Below, piece by piece: positions 30,748 through 41,330 of a stretch of 48,613 nucleotides of DNA (its first letter is position 1; the number at the start of each line of letters is the position of its first letter). Origin of the DNA: Rhodospirillaceae bacterium (GTDB taxonomy: Bacteria; Pseudomonadota; Gammaproteobacteria; Steroidobacterales; Rariloculaceae); contig JAHEEM010000002.1 of the NCBI GenBank assembly GCA_024640695.1, positions 1 through 48,613 of the forward strand, in the 5' to 3' direction. Under the pieces are notes generated by a model. It saw only the letters and a program-made list of their open reading frames with translations. It ran no database searches and had not been told where the DNA came from. The position numbers and the translations under genes are program-made.

Positions 30748-30814
30748 TCGGTGGGCCGATGGATAAGCCGCGGGGCATACCAGATAATGCCGCGAGCATC
30801 ATTTAAGATGACTT

Positions 30815-33800
30815 ATGCATAGAGCACTCTCCAATCAAGGCCGCGATCAGATTGCGGCCGTTGTCGCGCAGGCACGCCACGGCGCTGATCGTGGCCCCCT
30901 CCCGGCCAAGCGCGCCGCACTGCTGCGGGCCTACTGCGAGGAAGTCGCAGAGGACGACCTTCTGTCGGTTGAGCCCACCTACCTCGCTGCCGCCGTGTTG
31001 AGTCATCTTAGCTGGGGCCGCAATCGCCGACCGCGCACGGCCAAACTGAGGGTCTTTAATCCCGAGCCGGCGCGGGACGGCTGGCACTCAGACCAGACCA
31101 TCATTCAGGTCGTCAACGACGACATGCCGTTTCTAGTTGATTCCTTGACGATGTGCTTGAACGAGATCGGCCGCGGCAGCCAGATGACGATGCACCCGCT
31201 GCTCAAGGCCGATCGCAGTCCACATGGAATGCTTCGGGGCCTGACAGCGAACCGTCGCGGGGCGAGCGGCCAAACCGAGTCCTTCATTTACATGGAGATC
31301 GGCAAGGAACTCGACAGCAACGATCTCGGGCGGATCCAGCAGTCGCTCGAAGCGGTGTTGAGGGACGTCCGGGTCGCCGTAGAGGACTGGCAACCGATAC
31401 TCGCTGAGCTGCGAGCCGGACGCCAGCACATTGCCAGCCACGCGCCGCCGCTAGCAGGGATACTGGAGGAGTCCTGCGCGCTCGTCGACTGGCTCGCCGA
31501 CGACCATTTCACGCTGCTCGGTTACCGCGAGTACCGGCTGCGAAGAGGCCGCGACAAGGACCGTCTCGTGCCGGTCGTCGGCTCGGGTCTCGGCTTGCTG
31601 CGGGACGAGCCCGGCACGCCTGCGCACAGCCTCGAACTCACTGGCGCCGACCAGCACGAGGCGCGCGCCAACAACCCGCTCGTGATTACGAAATCGCGCA
31701 CTCGCTCGACGGTACATCGGCCGGGACATCTCGACCAGATCAGCATTAAGGTCTTCGACAAGGGTGGCAAGCCAATCGGCGTCAAGCGCTTCGTGGGACT
31801 GTATACCTCCCTCGTCTACAGCGAGAAACCGCTCGACATCCCACTGCTTCGACTCAAGCTGCGTGAAGTCCTGCGCAAATCCGGCCTGGATCCCCGCAGC
31901 CACCGCGGCAAGGCCTTACAACATATTCTCAACACCTTTCCGCGGGATGATCTGTTTCAGATTTCGATCAGCGATCTGGTACGCATAAGCTTCGGTATTC
32001 TGAACCTCCAGGAACGCCGACAGGTTCGGCTGTTCTACCGCAGAGACGCGCTCAGCCGCTACTACTCGTGCTTTGTCTACTTACCCAAAGACCACTACAC
32101 GGCACGTACACGTAAACGCATCGAGCAGATATTGCTCGAGAGCTTCAACGGCACCCACATCGAGACTCGGCTCACGATATCGGAATCGGTGTTGGCCCGA
32201 CTGGAAGCGGCGATACGCACGGATCAAGGGACCAAGGACGCACCCCGCATCAGAGATATCGAAGCGAAGCTGCGCAAAACCGTCGAAAGCTGGGACGATC
32301 AGTTGCGGGCGGTGCTGCTGCAGCGTCTCGAAGAGCATGACGCTTTGCGCCTGCACCACCGCTTCGCGGCATGCTTCCCGGTGAGCTACCAGGAAGAGGT
32401 CGGACCGCTGCGCGCGGCGGTCGATATTCAGGGCCTGGCAGCCGTCGTCGACGGCGACAGCGTGATCGAGATGTCGCTCACCGAGACAACCGATACGCGC
32501 ACCCCGCACCTTCTTCTCAGAGCATGCCGTCTCGGCGAGGCGATACCGCTCTACGAAGCCGTTCCCGTGCTCGAGCGCATGAGCATGCAAGTCTTGAGCG
32601 AACGCATTTATCGGATCGAGACATCACCGCAACCGGCCTGGATCCAGGAATTCGATCTTGCGCCGGCCGGCGGACCGATTGCTGACGCGGCAGAGCTGGA
32701 AGGCCGTTTTCTGAGCTCTTTTCTGGCTACGCTCGACGGCCGCTGCGAGAACGACGAGTTCAATGCCTTCGTGCTGCTCGCCGGCCTGGAGTGGCGCGAA
32801 GCGGCGCTGCTGCGTGCGTACTGCAAGTACCTCCTGCAGACGGGGCTGCCGTTCAGCCAGACCTATATGCAGCAGGTGCTGGCACGCCATGCGGATTTCG
32901 CGCGCGGAGTTGTCGAGCACTTCCGCGCACTCTTCGATCCAGATCTATCGGTGCGAACGCGCCGCAGCCTCACTGCTGAAAGCCAGTCCAAGATCTCCGC
33001 CGCGCTCGAACGGGTCACGAACCTCGATGAGGATCGGATCCTGCGCGCCTTCCTCGGAATGCTGAAGGCGACGCTGCGGACCAACTTCTTCCAGGCTCGC
33101 AACGGAGCACCGAAGAAATACCTCGCGTTCAAGCTCGATCCAAAACAGCTCCCGGAACTTCCGCGCCCGCGGCCAATGTTCGAGATCTTCGTCTTCTCGC
33201 CGCGCCTGGAGGGCGTGCACATGCGCTGCGGCCACGTCGCCCGCGGCGGACTGCGCTGGTCCGATCGGCGTGAGGATTTCAGAACCGAGATTCTTGGGCT
33301 CATGAAAGCGCAGATGGTCAAGAACACGATCATCGTGCCTACGGGCGCAAAAGGCGGGTTCGTCTGCAAACGGCTGCCCGAGGGCGATCGCGAGGCAGTG
33401 CAGGCGGAAGTCATCGCTTGCTACAAGACACTCGTTAGCGCGCTGCTCGATGTGACCGATAACATCGTCGATGATCGCGTCGTCACGCCCGACCGGGTGC
33501 TGCGACGCGATGGCGACGATCCGTATCTCGTTGTCGCCGCCGACAAAGGTACTGCCACGTTCTCCGACACCGCTAACGCGATCGCGGCGGAGTACGGCTT
33601 CTGGCTCGGTGATGCTTTCGCGTCGGGCGGGTCGGCCGGGTACGACCATAAGAGAATGGCAATCACGGCGCGCGGCGCGTGGGAGTCCGTGAAGCGGCAC
33701 TTCCGCGAGCTCGACATCGACCCACAGCAGCACCCGTTCACGGCGATCGGCATCGGCGACATGAGCGGCGACGTGTTCGGCAACGGAATGCTGCTCTCAA

Positions 33801-35626
33801 AGCATATGAAGCTGCTGGCCGCATTCAATCATAAGCACATATTCGTCGATCCGGATCCAGATCCCGCAACGAGCTACGCCGAGCGCAAGCGTGTTTTCGA
33901 TCTGCCCCGATCAGGCTGGGACGACTACTCCGTCGACAAGCTCTCGACGGGCGGCGGCATTTACTCACGGCAGACCAAGTCGATCGAGCTGCACCCCGCC
34001 GCGCAAAAGGCACTCGGAATCGAGCAGTCGAAGCTCACACCGCTCGAGTTGATCCGAGCGATCCTGCGCATGCGCGCCGATCTGCTGTGGAACGGCGGCA
34101 TCGGAACTTACGTAAAGGCAAGCGCGGAGTCGCAACTCGATGCCAGCGATCCGACCAACGACGCCGTGCGCATCAATGCCGATGAGCTACGTTGCAAGGT
34201 CATCGCCGAAGGCGGCAATCTCGGGCTCACACAGCTCGCACGCGTCGAGTTTGCGCTGCGCGGCGGCCTCCTTAATGCCGATTTCATCGACAACTCCGGC
34301 GGCGTTGATTCCTCAGACCGCGAGGTCAACATCAAGATACTTCTCAATCAGCTCGTCCGTGATCGCAAACTTGCACGGGCCAAGCGCGACCCTTTGCTCG
34401 CAGAGATGACCGACACGGTCGCCGAGCTCGTGCTCGAAGACAACCATGCCCAGACGCAGTCGCTCAGCGTCATGAACGCTCATAGCTTCGAACGCCTAGG
34501 CGAGAACGCTCGGCTGATACGCACGCTCGAGGCGCAGGGCCATCTCGATCGGGCGCTGGAGTTCCTCCCCAGCGAGAAATTGATCGCCGAGCGCGGCGGC
34601 ATGGGCAAGGGCCTGGCGCAGCCAGAGCTCGCGATCATCTTAAGCTACGCCAAGATTGCGCTGACCGGCGATCTCATAGCAAGCAGCATTCCGGAGGAAT
34701 CCTACTTCGATCACGAGCTCGTCGAGTACTTCCCACCGCAGCTCAAGCGACGTTTTGCCGGTGCGATGCGGAGTCACCGCCTGCGTCGCGAGATTATGGC
34801 GATGCGCATTGCCAACGAAGTCATCAACCGCATGGGACCGGCGTTCACATTCCGCGCCGTGGAGGATACCGCCGCATCGACATCCAAGGTTCTGCAAGCC
34901 TACGCAATCGCCCGCGACACCTTCGGCATCCGCCCGCTAAGCGCTGAGATCGAAGCGACCGACGATATCATTACACCAGCGCTCCAGTATGACCTTCTGT
35001 ATCAGATCAGCCGCATGCTTCGCCGCGCGACCTACTGGTTAGTGCAGCGCCACCCGCACAACCTTCTCATCGGCGAGCTCGTCGCCACGATGCAGCCGAT
35101 GGCCGCCACGCTCATGGAGCGGCTGCTCGAGCTCGAGGCGCCTGGCCGGAGGAAGCAGCTACGTAGGGCTATCGGGGAACTCACTCAGATGGGGGTAAGC
35201 CCGGCGCTCGCACACAAAATCGTGGCGCTCGGAGCCATGACTCAGACGCTAGACATCATCGACGTGACGCAAAAGCACGAGCTCGACGTCACCGCGACGG
35301 CCCGACTGTATTTCGATCTCGGCCAGGGCCTGGAGATCAATTGGGTTCGCAAGGCAATCGAGGGGTTGCCCGTCGCAGGCCGGTGGCAGGCCGTCGCGCG
35401 CGACACGCTGCGCCAGAACCTAGCACGCCAGCATAGCGCGGTGCTCCATCGAATCCTGGCCACGCGCGGGGCGCAAACACCCCGCGAGGCGCTCATCGAT
35501 TGGTTCGAGCAGCATGGCAAGGCGATCGCACGCCTGCGCCAGATCGTTCAGGACATGCGCGCCCAGGAGGGCGCGGACTTCGCGACCTTGTCCGTGGCGA
35601 TACGCGAGATCGAGCGACTCGGATAA
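30815..35626 (+). CDS. gdhB: Large NAD-specific glutamate dehydrogenase
   Basis: 1603 aa; [48 protein letters not shown] and EGGNLG. Confidence 0.96.
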   Translation: MHRALSNQGRDQIAAVVAQARHGADRGPLPAKRAALLRAYCEEVAEDDLLSVEPTYLAAAVLSHLSWGRNRRPRTAKLRVFNPEPARDGWHSDQTIIQVVNDDMPFLVDSLTMCLNEIGRGSQMTMHPLLKADRSPHGMLRGLTANRRGASGQTESFIYMEIGKELDSNDLGRIQQSLEAVLRDVRVAVEDWQPILAELRAGRQHIASHAPPLAGILEESCALVDWLADDHFTLLGYREYRLRRGRDKDRLVPVVGSGLGLLRDEPGTPAHSLELTGADQHEARANNPLVITKSRTRSTVHRPGHLDQISIKVFDKGGKPIGVKRFVGLYTSLVYSEKPLDIPLLRLKLREVLRKSGLDPRSHRGKALQHILNTFPRDDLFQISISDLVRISFGILNLQERRQVRLFYRRDALSRYYSCFVYLPKDHYTARTRKRIEQILLESFNGTHIETRLTISESVLARLEAAIRTDQGTKDAPRIRDIEAKLRKTVESWDDQLRAVLLQRLEEHDALRLHHRFAACFPVSYQEEVGPLRAAVDIQGLAAVVDGDSVIEMSLTETTDTRTPHLLLRACRLGEAIPLYEAVPVLERMSMQVLSERIYRIETSPQPAWIQEFDLAPAGGPIADAAELEGRFLSSFLATLDGRCENDEFNAFVLLAGLEWREAALLRAYCKYLLQTGLPFSQTYMQQVLARHADFARGVVEHFRALFDPDLSVRTRRSLTAESQSKISAALERVTNLDEDRILRAFLGMLKATLRTNFFQARNGAPKKYLAFKLDPKQLPELPRPRPMFEIFVFSPRLEGVHMRCGHVARGGLRWSDRREDFRTEILGLMKAQMVKNTIIVPTGAKGGFVCKRLPEGDREAVQAEVIACYKTLVSALLDVTDNIVDDRVVTPDRVLRRDGDDPYLVVAADKGTATFSDTANAIAAEYGFWLGDAFASGGSAGYDHKRMAITARGAWESVKRHFRELDIDPQQHPFTAIGIGDMSGDVFGNGMLLSKHMKLLAAFNHKHIFVDPDPDPATSYAERKRVFDLPRSGWDDYSVDKLSTGGGIYSRQTKSIELHPAAQKALGIEQSKLTPLELIRAILRMRADLLWNGGIGTYVKASAESQLDASDPTNDAVRINADELRCKVIAEGGNLGLTQLARVEFALRGGLLNADFIDNSGGVDSSDREVNIKILLNQLVRDRKLARAKRDPLLAEMTDTVAELVLEDNHAQTQSLSVMNAHSFERLGENARLIRTLEAQGHLDRALEFLPSEKLIAERGGMGKGLAQPELAIILSYAKIALTGDLIASSIPEESYFDHELVEYFPPQLKRRFAGAMRSHRLRREIMAMRIANEVINRMGPAFTFRAVEDTAASTSKVLQAYAIARDTFGIRPLSAEIEATDDIITPALQYDLLYQISRMLRRATYWLVQRHPHNLLIGELVATMQPMAATLMERLLELEAPGRRKQLRRAIGELTQMGVSPALAHKIVALGAMTQTLDIIDVTQKHELDVTATARLYFDLGQGLEINWVRKAIEGLPVAGRWQAVARDTLRQNLARQHSAVLHRILATRGAQTPREALIDWFEQHGKAIARLRQIVQDMRAQEGADFATLSVAIREIERLG

Positions 35627-35727
35627 TCCGCGCGAAGCCCGCGGGCAGAACCCCCGAGTTCTCCGTTAGACGGTGCGAACCGAGCCGTATTTCCCGGAAT
35701 GCCGGGATAGGCTCTAGAATATGCACC

Positions 35728-36498
35728 ATGAACACCACAACGAATAAGACCCGACCCGGCAAGCTCGTCCTCGTCCGCCACGGACAAAGCGATTGGAATC
35801 TCAAGAACCTGTTCACGGGCTGGACGGACGTCGACCTGACCGAGCAAGGCACCCAAGAAGCGCGTCAGGCCGGCAAATCCCTGCAGGAACAGGGCTTTGT
35901 CTTCGACATCGCGTTCACCTCGGTGCTCACGCGCGCGATCCGGACGCTGTGGCTGATCCTCAGCGAGATGGACCTGATGTGGATCCCGGTGGAGCGCAGC
36001 TGGCGGCTCAACGAGCGCCATTACGGCGCGCTGCAGGGCTTGAACAAGGCCGAAACCGCCGCGCAGCATGGTGCAGATCAGGTCAAGATCTGGCGCCGAA
36101 GCTACGACGTTCCCCCGCCACCACTGGAGCCTAGCGACGCGCGCCATCCCTGCCACGACCCACGCTATCGCAAGCTCAAGCCCGGGGAGCTGCCGGCGAC
36201 AGAATCGCTCAAGCTGACGCTGGAGCGCGTGAAGCCGTATTGGGAGGACCGGATCGAGCCCGAGCTGCGCGCTGGCCAGCACGTTCTCGTTGCAGCCCAT
36301 GGCAACAGCCTCCGCGCACTCGCCAAGATGCTCGAGAATATCTCGGAGAAGGACATCGTCGAGTTCAATATTCCGACCGGCGTCCCGCGCGTCTACGAGT
36401 TCGACGCAGACCTGCGCCCGACTCGCGCCGAATACCTCGGCGACGCCGACGCGATAGCGGCTGCGGCCAAGGCCGTCGCCGATCAGGCCAAAGGATGA
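35728..36498 (+). CDS. gpmA: 2,3-bisphosphoglycerate-dependent phosphoglycerate mutase
   Basis: [24 protein letters not shown] and AHGNSLR; start set at ATG 35728. Confidence 0.96.
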   Translation: MNTTTNKTRPGKLVLVRHGQSDWNLKNLFTGWTDVDLTEQGTQEARQAGKSLQEQGFVFDIAFTSVLTRAIRTLWLILSEMDLMWIPVERSWRLNERHYGALQGLNKAETAAQHGADQVKIWRRSYDVPPPPLEPSDARHPCHDPRYRKLKPGELPATESLKLTLERVKPYWEDRIEPELRAGQHVLVAAHGNSLRALAKMLENISEKDIVEFNIPTGVPRVYEFDADLRPTRAEYLGDADAIAAAAKAVADQAKG

Positions 36499-36508
36499 CC
36501 ACGCGCCG

Positions 36509-38161
36509 TTGAAGCCGCTCGTCCAGCTCCCGGCACTCAACCCCGTTACCACCGCGCACTGGCGCGCGGACTTCCGCGGCGGACTCGGCGCCGCGGCCGT
36601 AGCGCTGCCGCTCGGACTCGCTTTCGGCGTCGTCTCAGGCGCCGGTCCCGTAGCCGGCCTCTATTGCGCGATCTTCACAGGCATCTTTGCGGCGCTGTTC
36701 GGCGGCACTCCGACGCAGATTGCCGGGCCTACCGGCCCGATGGCGATCGTCATGGCGAGCGTGTTCGCGAACTTCGCCGATCAACCGAGCGCAGCCATGG
36801 CTGTCGTCATGCTCGCAGGCCTGATGCAGATCGCTTTCGGCGCGCTGCGGCTCGGCCCGTACATCAGCTTGATCCCGTCGCCGGTGCTTGCGGGTTTTGC
36901 CTCGGGCGTCGGCTGCATCATCATCGTGATGCAACTCAACCCGCTGCTCGGTCAGGTGGGCGCGAGCGACACCGTCAGCGCCGCCCTGGCCTTTCCGGAG
37001 AGCCTCAGCCGCGGCAACCCCTGGACGGTGCTGGCTGCTGCCGCAACCATGAGTGTCTGCTATCTCACGCCACGGCGCGTCAGAGCGATCGTCCCGGCCG
37101 AGCTCATCGCGCTGATCCTGGGCAGCGTCGTCGTCGCGCTCGTCGGGCTGGATCTGCCGCGCCTGGCCAGGCCCGAGAGCCTGCTGCCGAGCGTTGCCTG
37201 GCCGCCGCTGACGGAGCTACGTTGGGGCGACATCTTGATCGCCTCGCTCGTGCTCGCACTGATCAGCTCGCTCGAGAGCCTGTTGACATCGATGGCGGCG
37301 GATAGCGCCACACAACGTTTCCACGACTCGAACAAAGAACTCATAGGCCAGGGCATCGGAAACCTGTTCGCGGGGCTGGTCGGCGTGATACCGGGCGCAG
37401 GGGCGACTGCCAGAACCATGGTCAACATTCGCGCCGGCGGCGTGTCGCCGTTGTCGGGCCTAATTCACTCTGCCCTATTGCTGGTTGCGCTTCTCGCCGC
37501 CGGACGGTTGATTGGGTTCGTTCCGTCGGCGGTGCTTGCAGGAATCTTACTCTACATCGGCATCGGCATCGTCGACTGGGAGTACATCCGACGGTTCAAA
37601 TGGGCGCCGCGCAGCAGCGTCGTGATCATGCTTGTCGTCTGGGTGCTGGCAGTGTTCGTCAGCGTCGTGGCGGCAGTTGCTGTCGGCGTCATCATGGCCA
37701 GTCTCGTGCTGGTCAAGCGCATGACGGATCTGCAGCTCGCCTCAGTCGAACTCAGCTCCGACAAGCATACGGCGCCCGGGCTCGACGAGACTGAGCAGGC
37801 AGCATTTGCGCCATGTGCGAAGGACGTGCTGCTGATACATCTGGGCGGACCTATGACCTTCGGCGCCGCAAACGGACTGACCAAACGGCTTGCTCGGATT
37901 GCCGAATATCGAGGCATTATTCTCGACTTCACCGACGTGCCACATGTGGACGACAGCGCGGCCATGGCGTTGGAAAGCATCATCGCACGCGCTGCAGAAG
38001 CGGACGCAATCGTTATTCTGACTGGCCTGCGGCGCGCCGTTACCCGGTCCTTCATTCGTTATGGCATGCTCAGCGCACTTAAGCGCTGCGTCCGATTCCG
38101 TCGGCGCCTGGACGCGTTACGCTACGCCTGCGAGCAATTCAAGGGACAAACGGAGGAGTAA
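36509..38161 (+). CDS. SulP/SLC26 anion transporter with STAS domain (BicA-like)
   Basis: ALPLGLAFGVVSG, GPTGPM, SNKELIGQGIGN, GATARTMVN and C-terminal STAS VPHVDDSA; start uncertain. Confidence 0.92.
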   Translation: MKPLVQLPALNPVTTAHWRADFRGGLGAAAVALPLGLAFGVVSGAGPVAGLYCAIFTGIFAALFGGTPTQIAGPTGPMAIVMASVFANFADQPSAAMAVVMLAGLMQIAFGALRLGPYISLIPSPVLAGFASGVGCIIIVMQLNPLLGQVGASDTVSAALAFPESLSRGNPWTVLAAAATMSVCYLTPRRVRAIVPAELIALILGSVVVALVGLDLPRLARPESLLPSVAWPPLTELRWGDILIASLVLALISSLESLLTSMAADSATQRFHDSNKELIGQGIGNLFAGLVGVIPGAGATARTMVNIRAGGVSPLSGLIHSALLLVALLAAGRLIGFVPSAVLAGILLYIGIGIVDWEYIRRFKWAPRSSVVIMLVVWVLAVFVSVVAAVAVGVIMASLVLVKRMTDLQLASVELSSDKHTAPGLDETEQAAFAPCAKDVLLIHLGGPMTFGAANGLTKRLARIAEYRGIILDFTDVPHVDDSAAMALESIIARAAEADAIVILTGLRRAVTRSFIRYGMLSALKRCVRFRRRLDALRYACEQFKGQTEE

Positions 38162-38167
38162 GCGACG

Positions 38168-38698
38168 ATGCTATACGACCTAGGCGCTGACCGCGTGCAG
38201 ACGCACGGCGAAGATTATTTCGTGGCACCCAACTCCGCCGTGATCGGCAAAGTAACGCTCGGCCGAGATGTCAGTATCTGGTTCAACGTCGTCCTGCGAG
38301 CCGATAACGACCGGATCGACATCGGCGAGCGCTGCAACATCCAGGACGGCTCGGTCTTCCACGTCGACGCCGGCTCGCCCGTCGTGCTCGGCGATAGTGT
38401 CAGCGTCGGACATTCGGCGACTGTGCATGGCTGCCGCGTCGGCGCCGGCTCGTTGGTCGGCATGGGAGCGACCATCTTGACGAATGCTGTGATCGGCAAG
38501 CAATGCATCGTCGGCGCGCATGCGCTCGTTACCGAAGGCAAAGAGTTTCCCGACCGTTCACTGCTCGTCGGCGCGCCGGCGCGCCGCATACGCGAGGTCA
38601 CCGATGCTGAGATCGAGCACCTCGCATGGATCGTCGAGCACTATGTCGCCCGAGCGCAGCGGTATAAGACAGAGCTCATCGCGCGCGCGCCCGGCTGA
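38168..38698 (+). CDS. Gamma carbonic anhydrase family protein
   Basis: Hexapeptide repeats, VLRAD, NIQDGSVFH and GHSATVHGC (three His). Confidence 0.92.
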   Translation: MLYDLGADRVQTHGEDYFVAPNSAVIGKVTLGRDVSIWFNVVLRADNDRIDIGERCNIQDGSVFHVDAGSPVVLGDSVSVGHSATVHGCRVGAGSLVGMGATILTNAVIGKQCIVGAHALVTEGKEFPDRSLLVGAPARRIREVTDAEIEHLAWIVEHYVARAQRYKTELIARAPG

Positions 38699-38919
38699 TA
38701 TTCGACGCGGGTAGCCAAGCACCGTCCACCACTAGATCGACGAGCTTAGGGACACCATCGCTGGCGGCCTGCGCGCGCGGCGTTGCTGCCCAGAGGCCCA
38801 TCAAGAGGAGCGCAGCGGAACAGACGCAGCCTCGATGTTGGGGCGGTCCCAATAACTGAGCTCTCCCGAAGATCACTACCCCGAGGCTTATCAGGCAACT
38901 TTGGGCGCTCTGGAAACCG

Positions 38920-38953
38920 GCTCATGGCAGCGCAAGGCGGCGCTGCCATGAGC
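38920..38953. repeat. Perfect 14-bp inverted repeat (terminator or operator)
   Basis: GCTCATGGCAGCGC-aaggcg-GCGCTGCCATGAGC, followed on the plus strand by ATTGGGTTTT. Confidence 0.85.
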
Positions 38954-38992
38954 ATTGGGTTTTCGTTATGATTCCGACCCGCGTACTCTGTC

Positions 38993-39016
38993 GGACCGGG
39001 ACCGGGACCGGGACCG
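38993..39016. repeat. Hexanucleotide tandem repeat (GGACCG)x4
   Basis: Read directly from the sequence. Confidence 0.9.
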
Positions 39017-39057
39017 GCTTCGACCTCATAAAACTCTCACCAAGCGGAGATATCTGA

Positions 39058-40059
39058 ATGCATCAGTTCATCAAGCGGCTAATAGTCTGCGGATTTACAG
39101 TTATAGCCAGTGCACTCTTGCCAAGCACGGCAATGCCGCAGACGGGTATTGCGGAAAGCGCGCATCCCTATGTCCTCGTCGAACGGCAGATCCCGCAATC
39201 AGGCACGCCTTGGGAGCTGCATCTGGTGCTGACGCAAGATGAGATCTACGTACCGATCGGCGTCCGCAAACCCGAAGGCGGCGGGCCATTCCCGATGATT
39301 CTGATCGGGTCCGGTCAGGGTGCTGACGGCATGTTGAAGATCGAGCGTTCCATGGATCGCTACGAGGAACTGATGACGCGCCTCGTCGAGCGGGGCTATG
39401 TAGCGGCCTTCGTGAGCTATCGCAACGAGGTGCCGGAGCTCTACAACGAGATCGCAGCTGCCGAGCTGCTCGCGGATACGGTAAGCGGCGGCAATCGGAC
39501 CTTGCGGTCCGTGCCGGCACTGGATTCCGACGACCATCTCGCGATCATCGAGCATGCCCGCAGCCTGCCCTACACCGACCCGAACGGGATCGGCGCGATA
39601 GGCAGCAGCCATAGCGGCGAGATCATCATGAAAACCGCTACCGCGCACGGCGGTCTCGCCGCAGCCGTGCCCAGCGAGGCAGCCGTTCTCGAGTACCTGG
39701 CGATCGACGTCAGTCAGGCGCCGAGGGACGCGTCAGGCTCGGAGCTGCAACTTCAGGACAAGGAGGTGGCGCGAAGGCTAGCGGATAGGGACCGGGCGAT
39801 GCAGCGCATCCGCCAGGTCGAAACACCCCTGCTGATCATGGGCCGCGACGACGACCATCTTCAGGGCACCTTCGCGTTGCTCTATGAGTGGCTCACCGAG
39901 GCCGGCCGTGACGCGACCTGGGCATCCTTCGATCATCCAGAGCACGGTTACACACTGCTCGGGCGCGCCGAGGGACACAGCGGGCAACCGGACGCCACCC
40001 AGGAACGTGCGTTCGATCTGTACATGGACTTTTTCGACGCGCACCTGAAGCAACGCTGA
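39058..40059 (+). CDS. Secreted alpha/beta-hydrolase fold protein
   Basis: Signal peptide, RKPEGGGPFPMIL, IGAIGSSHSG elbow, PLLIMGRDDD and HPEHGY; SD GGAG. Confidence 0.8.
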   Translation: MHQFIKRLIVCGFTVIASALLPSTAMPQTGIAESAHPYVLVERQIPQSGTPWELHLVLTQDEIYVPIGVRKPEGGGPFPMILIGSGQGADGMLKIERSMDRYEELMTRLVERGYVAAFVSYRNEVPELYNEIAAAELLADTVSGGNRTLRSVPALDSDDHLAIIEHARSLPYTDPNGIGAIGSSHSGEIIMKTATAHGGLAAAVPSEAAVLEYLAIDVSQAPRDASGSELQLQDKEVARRLADRDRAMQRIRQVETPLLIMGRDDDHLQGTFALLYEWLTEAGRDATWASFDHPEHGYTLLGRAEGHSGQPDATQERAFDLYMDFFDAHLKQR

Positions 40060-40147
40060 CACCCGCACGCACCTGTCCCTCGGCGTCATCGCCTGTGCTA
40101 GGCTTGGGCCATGGTCGCCAGAGATCTGCCGACGAAGGGGGCATTCG

Positions 40148-40822
40148 ATGCTATTGCGCGGTTCTACTGCTCTAGCGCTTCCACTCATCCTTTGCGGCTG
40201 CGCCGCCGAGGTGACGTACGAACCCGAGTACCTCGCACCAGCGATACCGAAGTATCTGGCAGAAACGAGCGTCTTGGTTCTCATGGACCCCGAGGATATT
40301 GAATACGTTTATGAGGGCAGCGCGGATTCCTTTATCGGACGCGATTTCACGTTACGGATGCCGATCGGCGCGATCACCCGAGAGATCGCTGCAGATGTCT
40401 TTCAATCGCATTTCAATTACGGTGTCGTGTTCGCCGGCACGCCGCCCCCGGATCTGCGTTACGTCGTCGCAATCGACCCCGAGATTCAGAATTTCTCCTA
40501 CCGCTATGAGCAACGTGTCGAGGAAGACGTCGTAGAGATACGAACCGTTGACGGCGAGCTCGCTGCGGTACCTGCAACCGTGATCACGCCGACTATTCAG
40601 TTCGAGCTTGCGTTACGGGCTTACGATGCCGCCGGCAATATCGTGCTCGACAAAGTCTATCCGTCGGGTACCGTCGCGGGCGAGAGCTATTACGTGACGT
40701 CTCGGCCTCACGAGCGAGTCAATGCGACGTTTCACGCGACATTGCAGAGCATGATGCTGAGGGTCGCCGAAGACCTGCGTTCATTCTTGGCCAGACAGCC
40801 CAACGTGCTTTATACAGAGTAA
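40148..40822 (+). CDS. Hypothetical lipoprotein
   Basis: Hydrophobic signal ending LILCG/C; natural-looking 224-aa ORF. Confidence 0.75.
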   Translation: MLLRGSTALALPLILCGCAAEVTYEPEYLAPAIPKYLAETSVLVLMDPEDIEYVYEGSADSFIGRDFTLRMPIGAITREIAADVFQSHFNYGVVFAGTPPPDLRYVVAIDPEIQNFSYRYEQRVEEDVVEIRTVDGELAAVPATVITPTIQFELALRAYDAAGNIVLDKVYPSGTVAGESYYVTSRPHERVNATFHATLQSMMLRVAEDLRSFLARQPNVLYTE

Positions 40823-41184
40823 GGCCCCGAACGCATCGAGTTTTGCGCGGAGCTCGCTCGCAAGGCCGGTCTGGCCGGCGCCTTGCGCGTAACTAGTCAG
40901 CTGGCGGAGTGCCTGCGGCGCGATGTCCGGTGCGGCACCGGCATGCCGACACCGAAGCAACAGCGCCAGTGCCGCTGGCGGGTCGCCGATCTCGATGAGC
41001 CGGGCTCGACCCTGCTGAGCACGGCATAGGCGTAGCGCCAAAGCGGGAGCCCCAGAAGAATCAGCAGCCAGGCGCCAAACAGTCCGGTCCGCACGGATAG
41101 CAGCAGCGCGCCATAAACCGCAGAAGTCACCAACACGGTCGAGTCGGCCAAAGGCTTCAGCCATCTGGTGACAGCGGTCGTCAT
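40781..41184 (-). pseudogene. Remnant of a membrane protein with a helical C-terminus
   Basis: One frame gives two TM-like segments (..GLFGAWLLILLGLPLWRYAYAVL). A second frame continues QGRARLIEIGDPPAALALLLRC..LASEL, with the switch near 41020. Confidence 0.5.
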
Positions 41185-41330
41185 TAGCCGGCCGGCATCC
41201 TCCTCGGTTGCAATCATCACGTTCGACTTCCATGATCTCATCTGCAGTGGCCAACGCGAAGTGGCTCGGTTTTTATCAGGGGGAAGCTATGTGGTGGATC
41301 AGAGAATCGTCGTCGAGTATCGAGGTGTTG

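Noticed and set aside
35548-36552. 334-aa minus-strand ORF and similar long antisense ORFs (10203-11120, 25054-25842, 32945-33733)
   Set aside because: They mirror well-supported genes on the opposite strand, as expected from GC3 bias
38993-39016. Repeat as a CRISPR array or iteron set
   Set aside because: Six-bp units without spacers, and no cas or rep gene in the window
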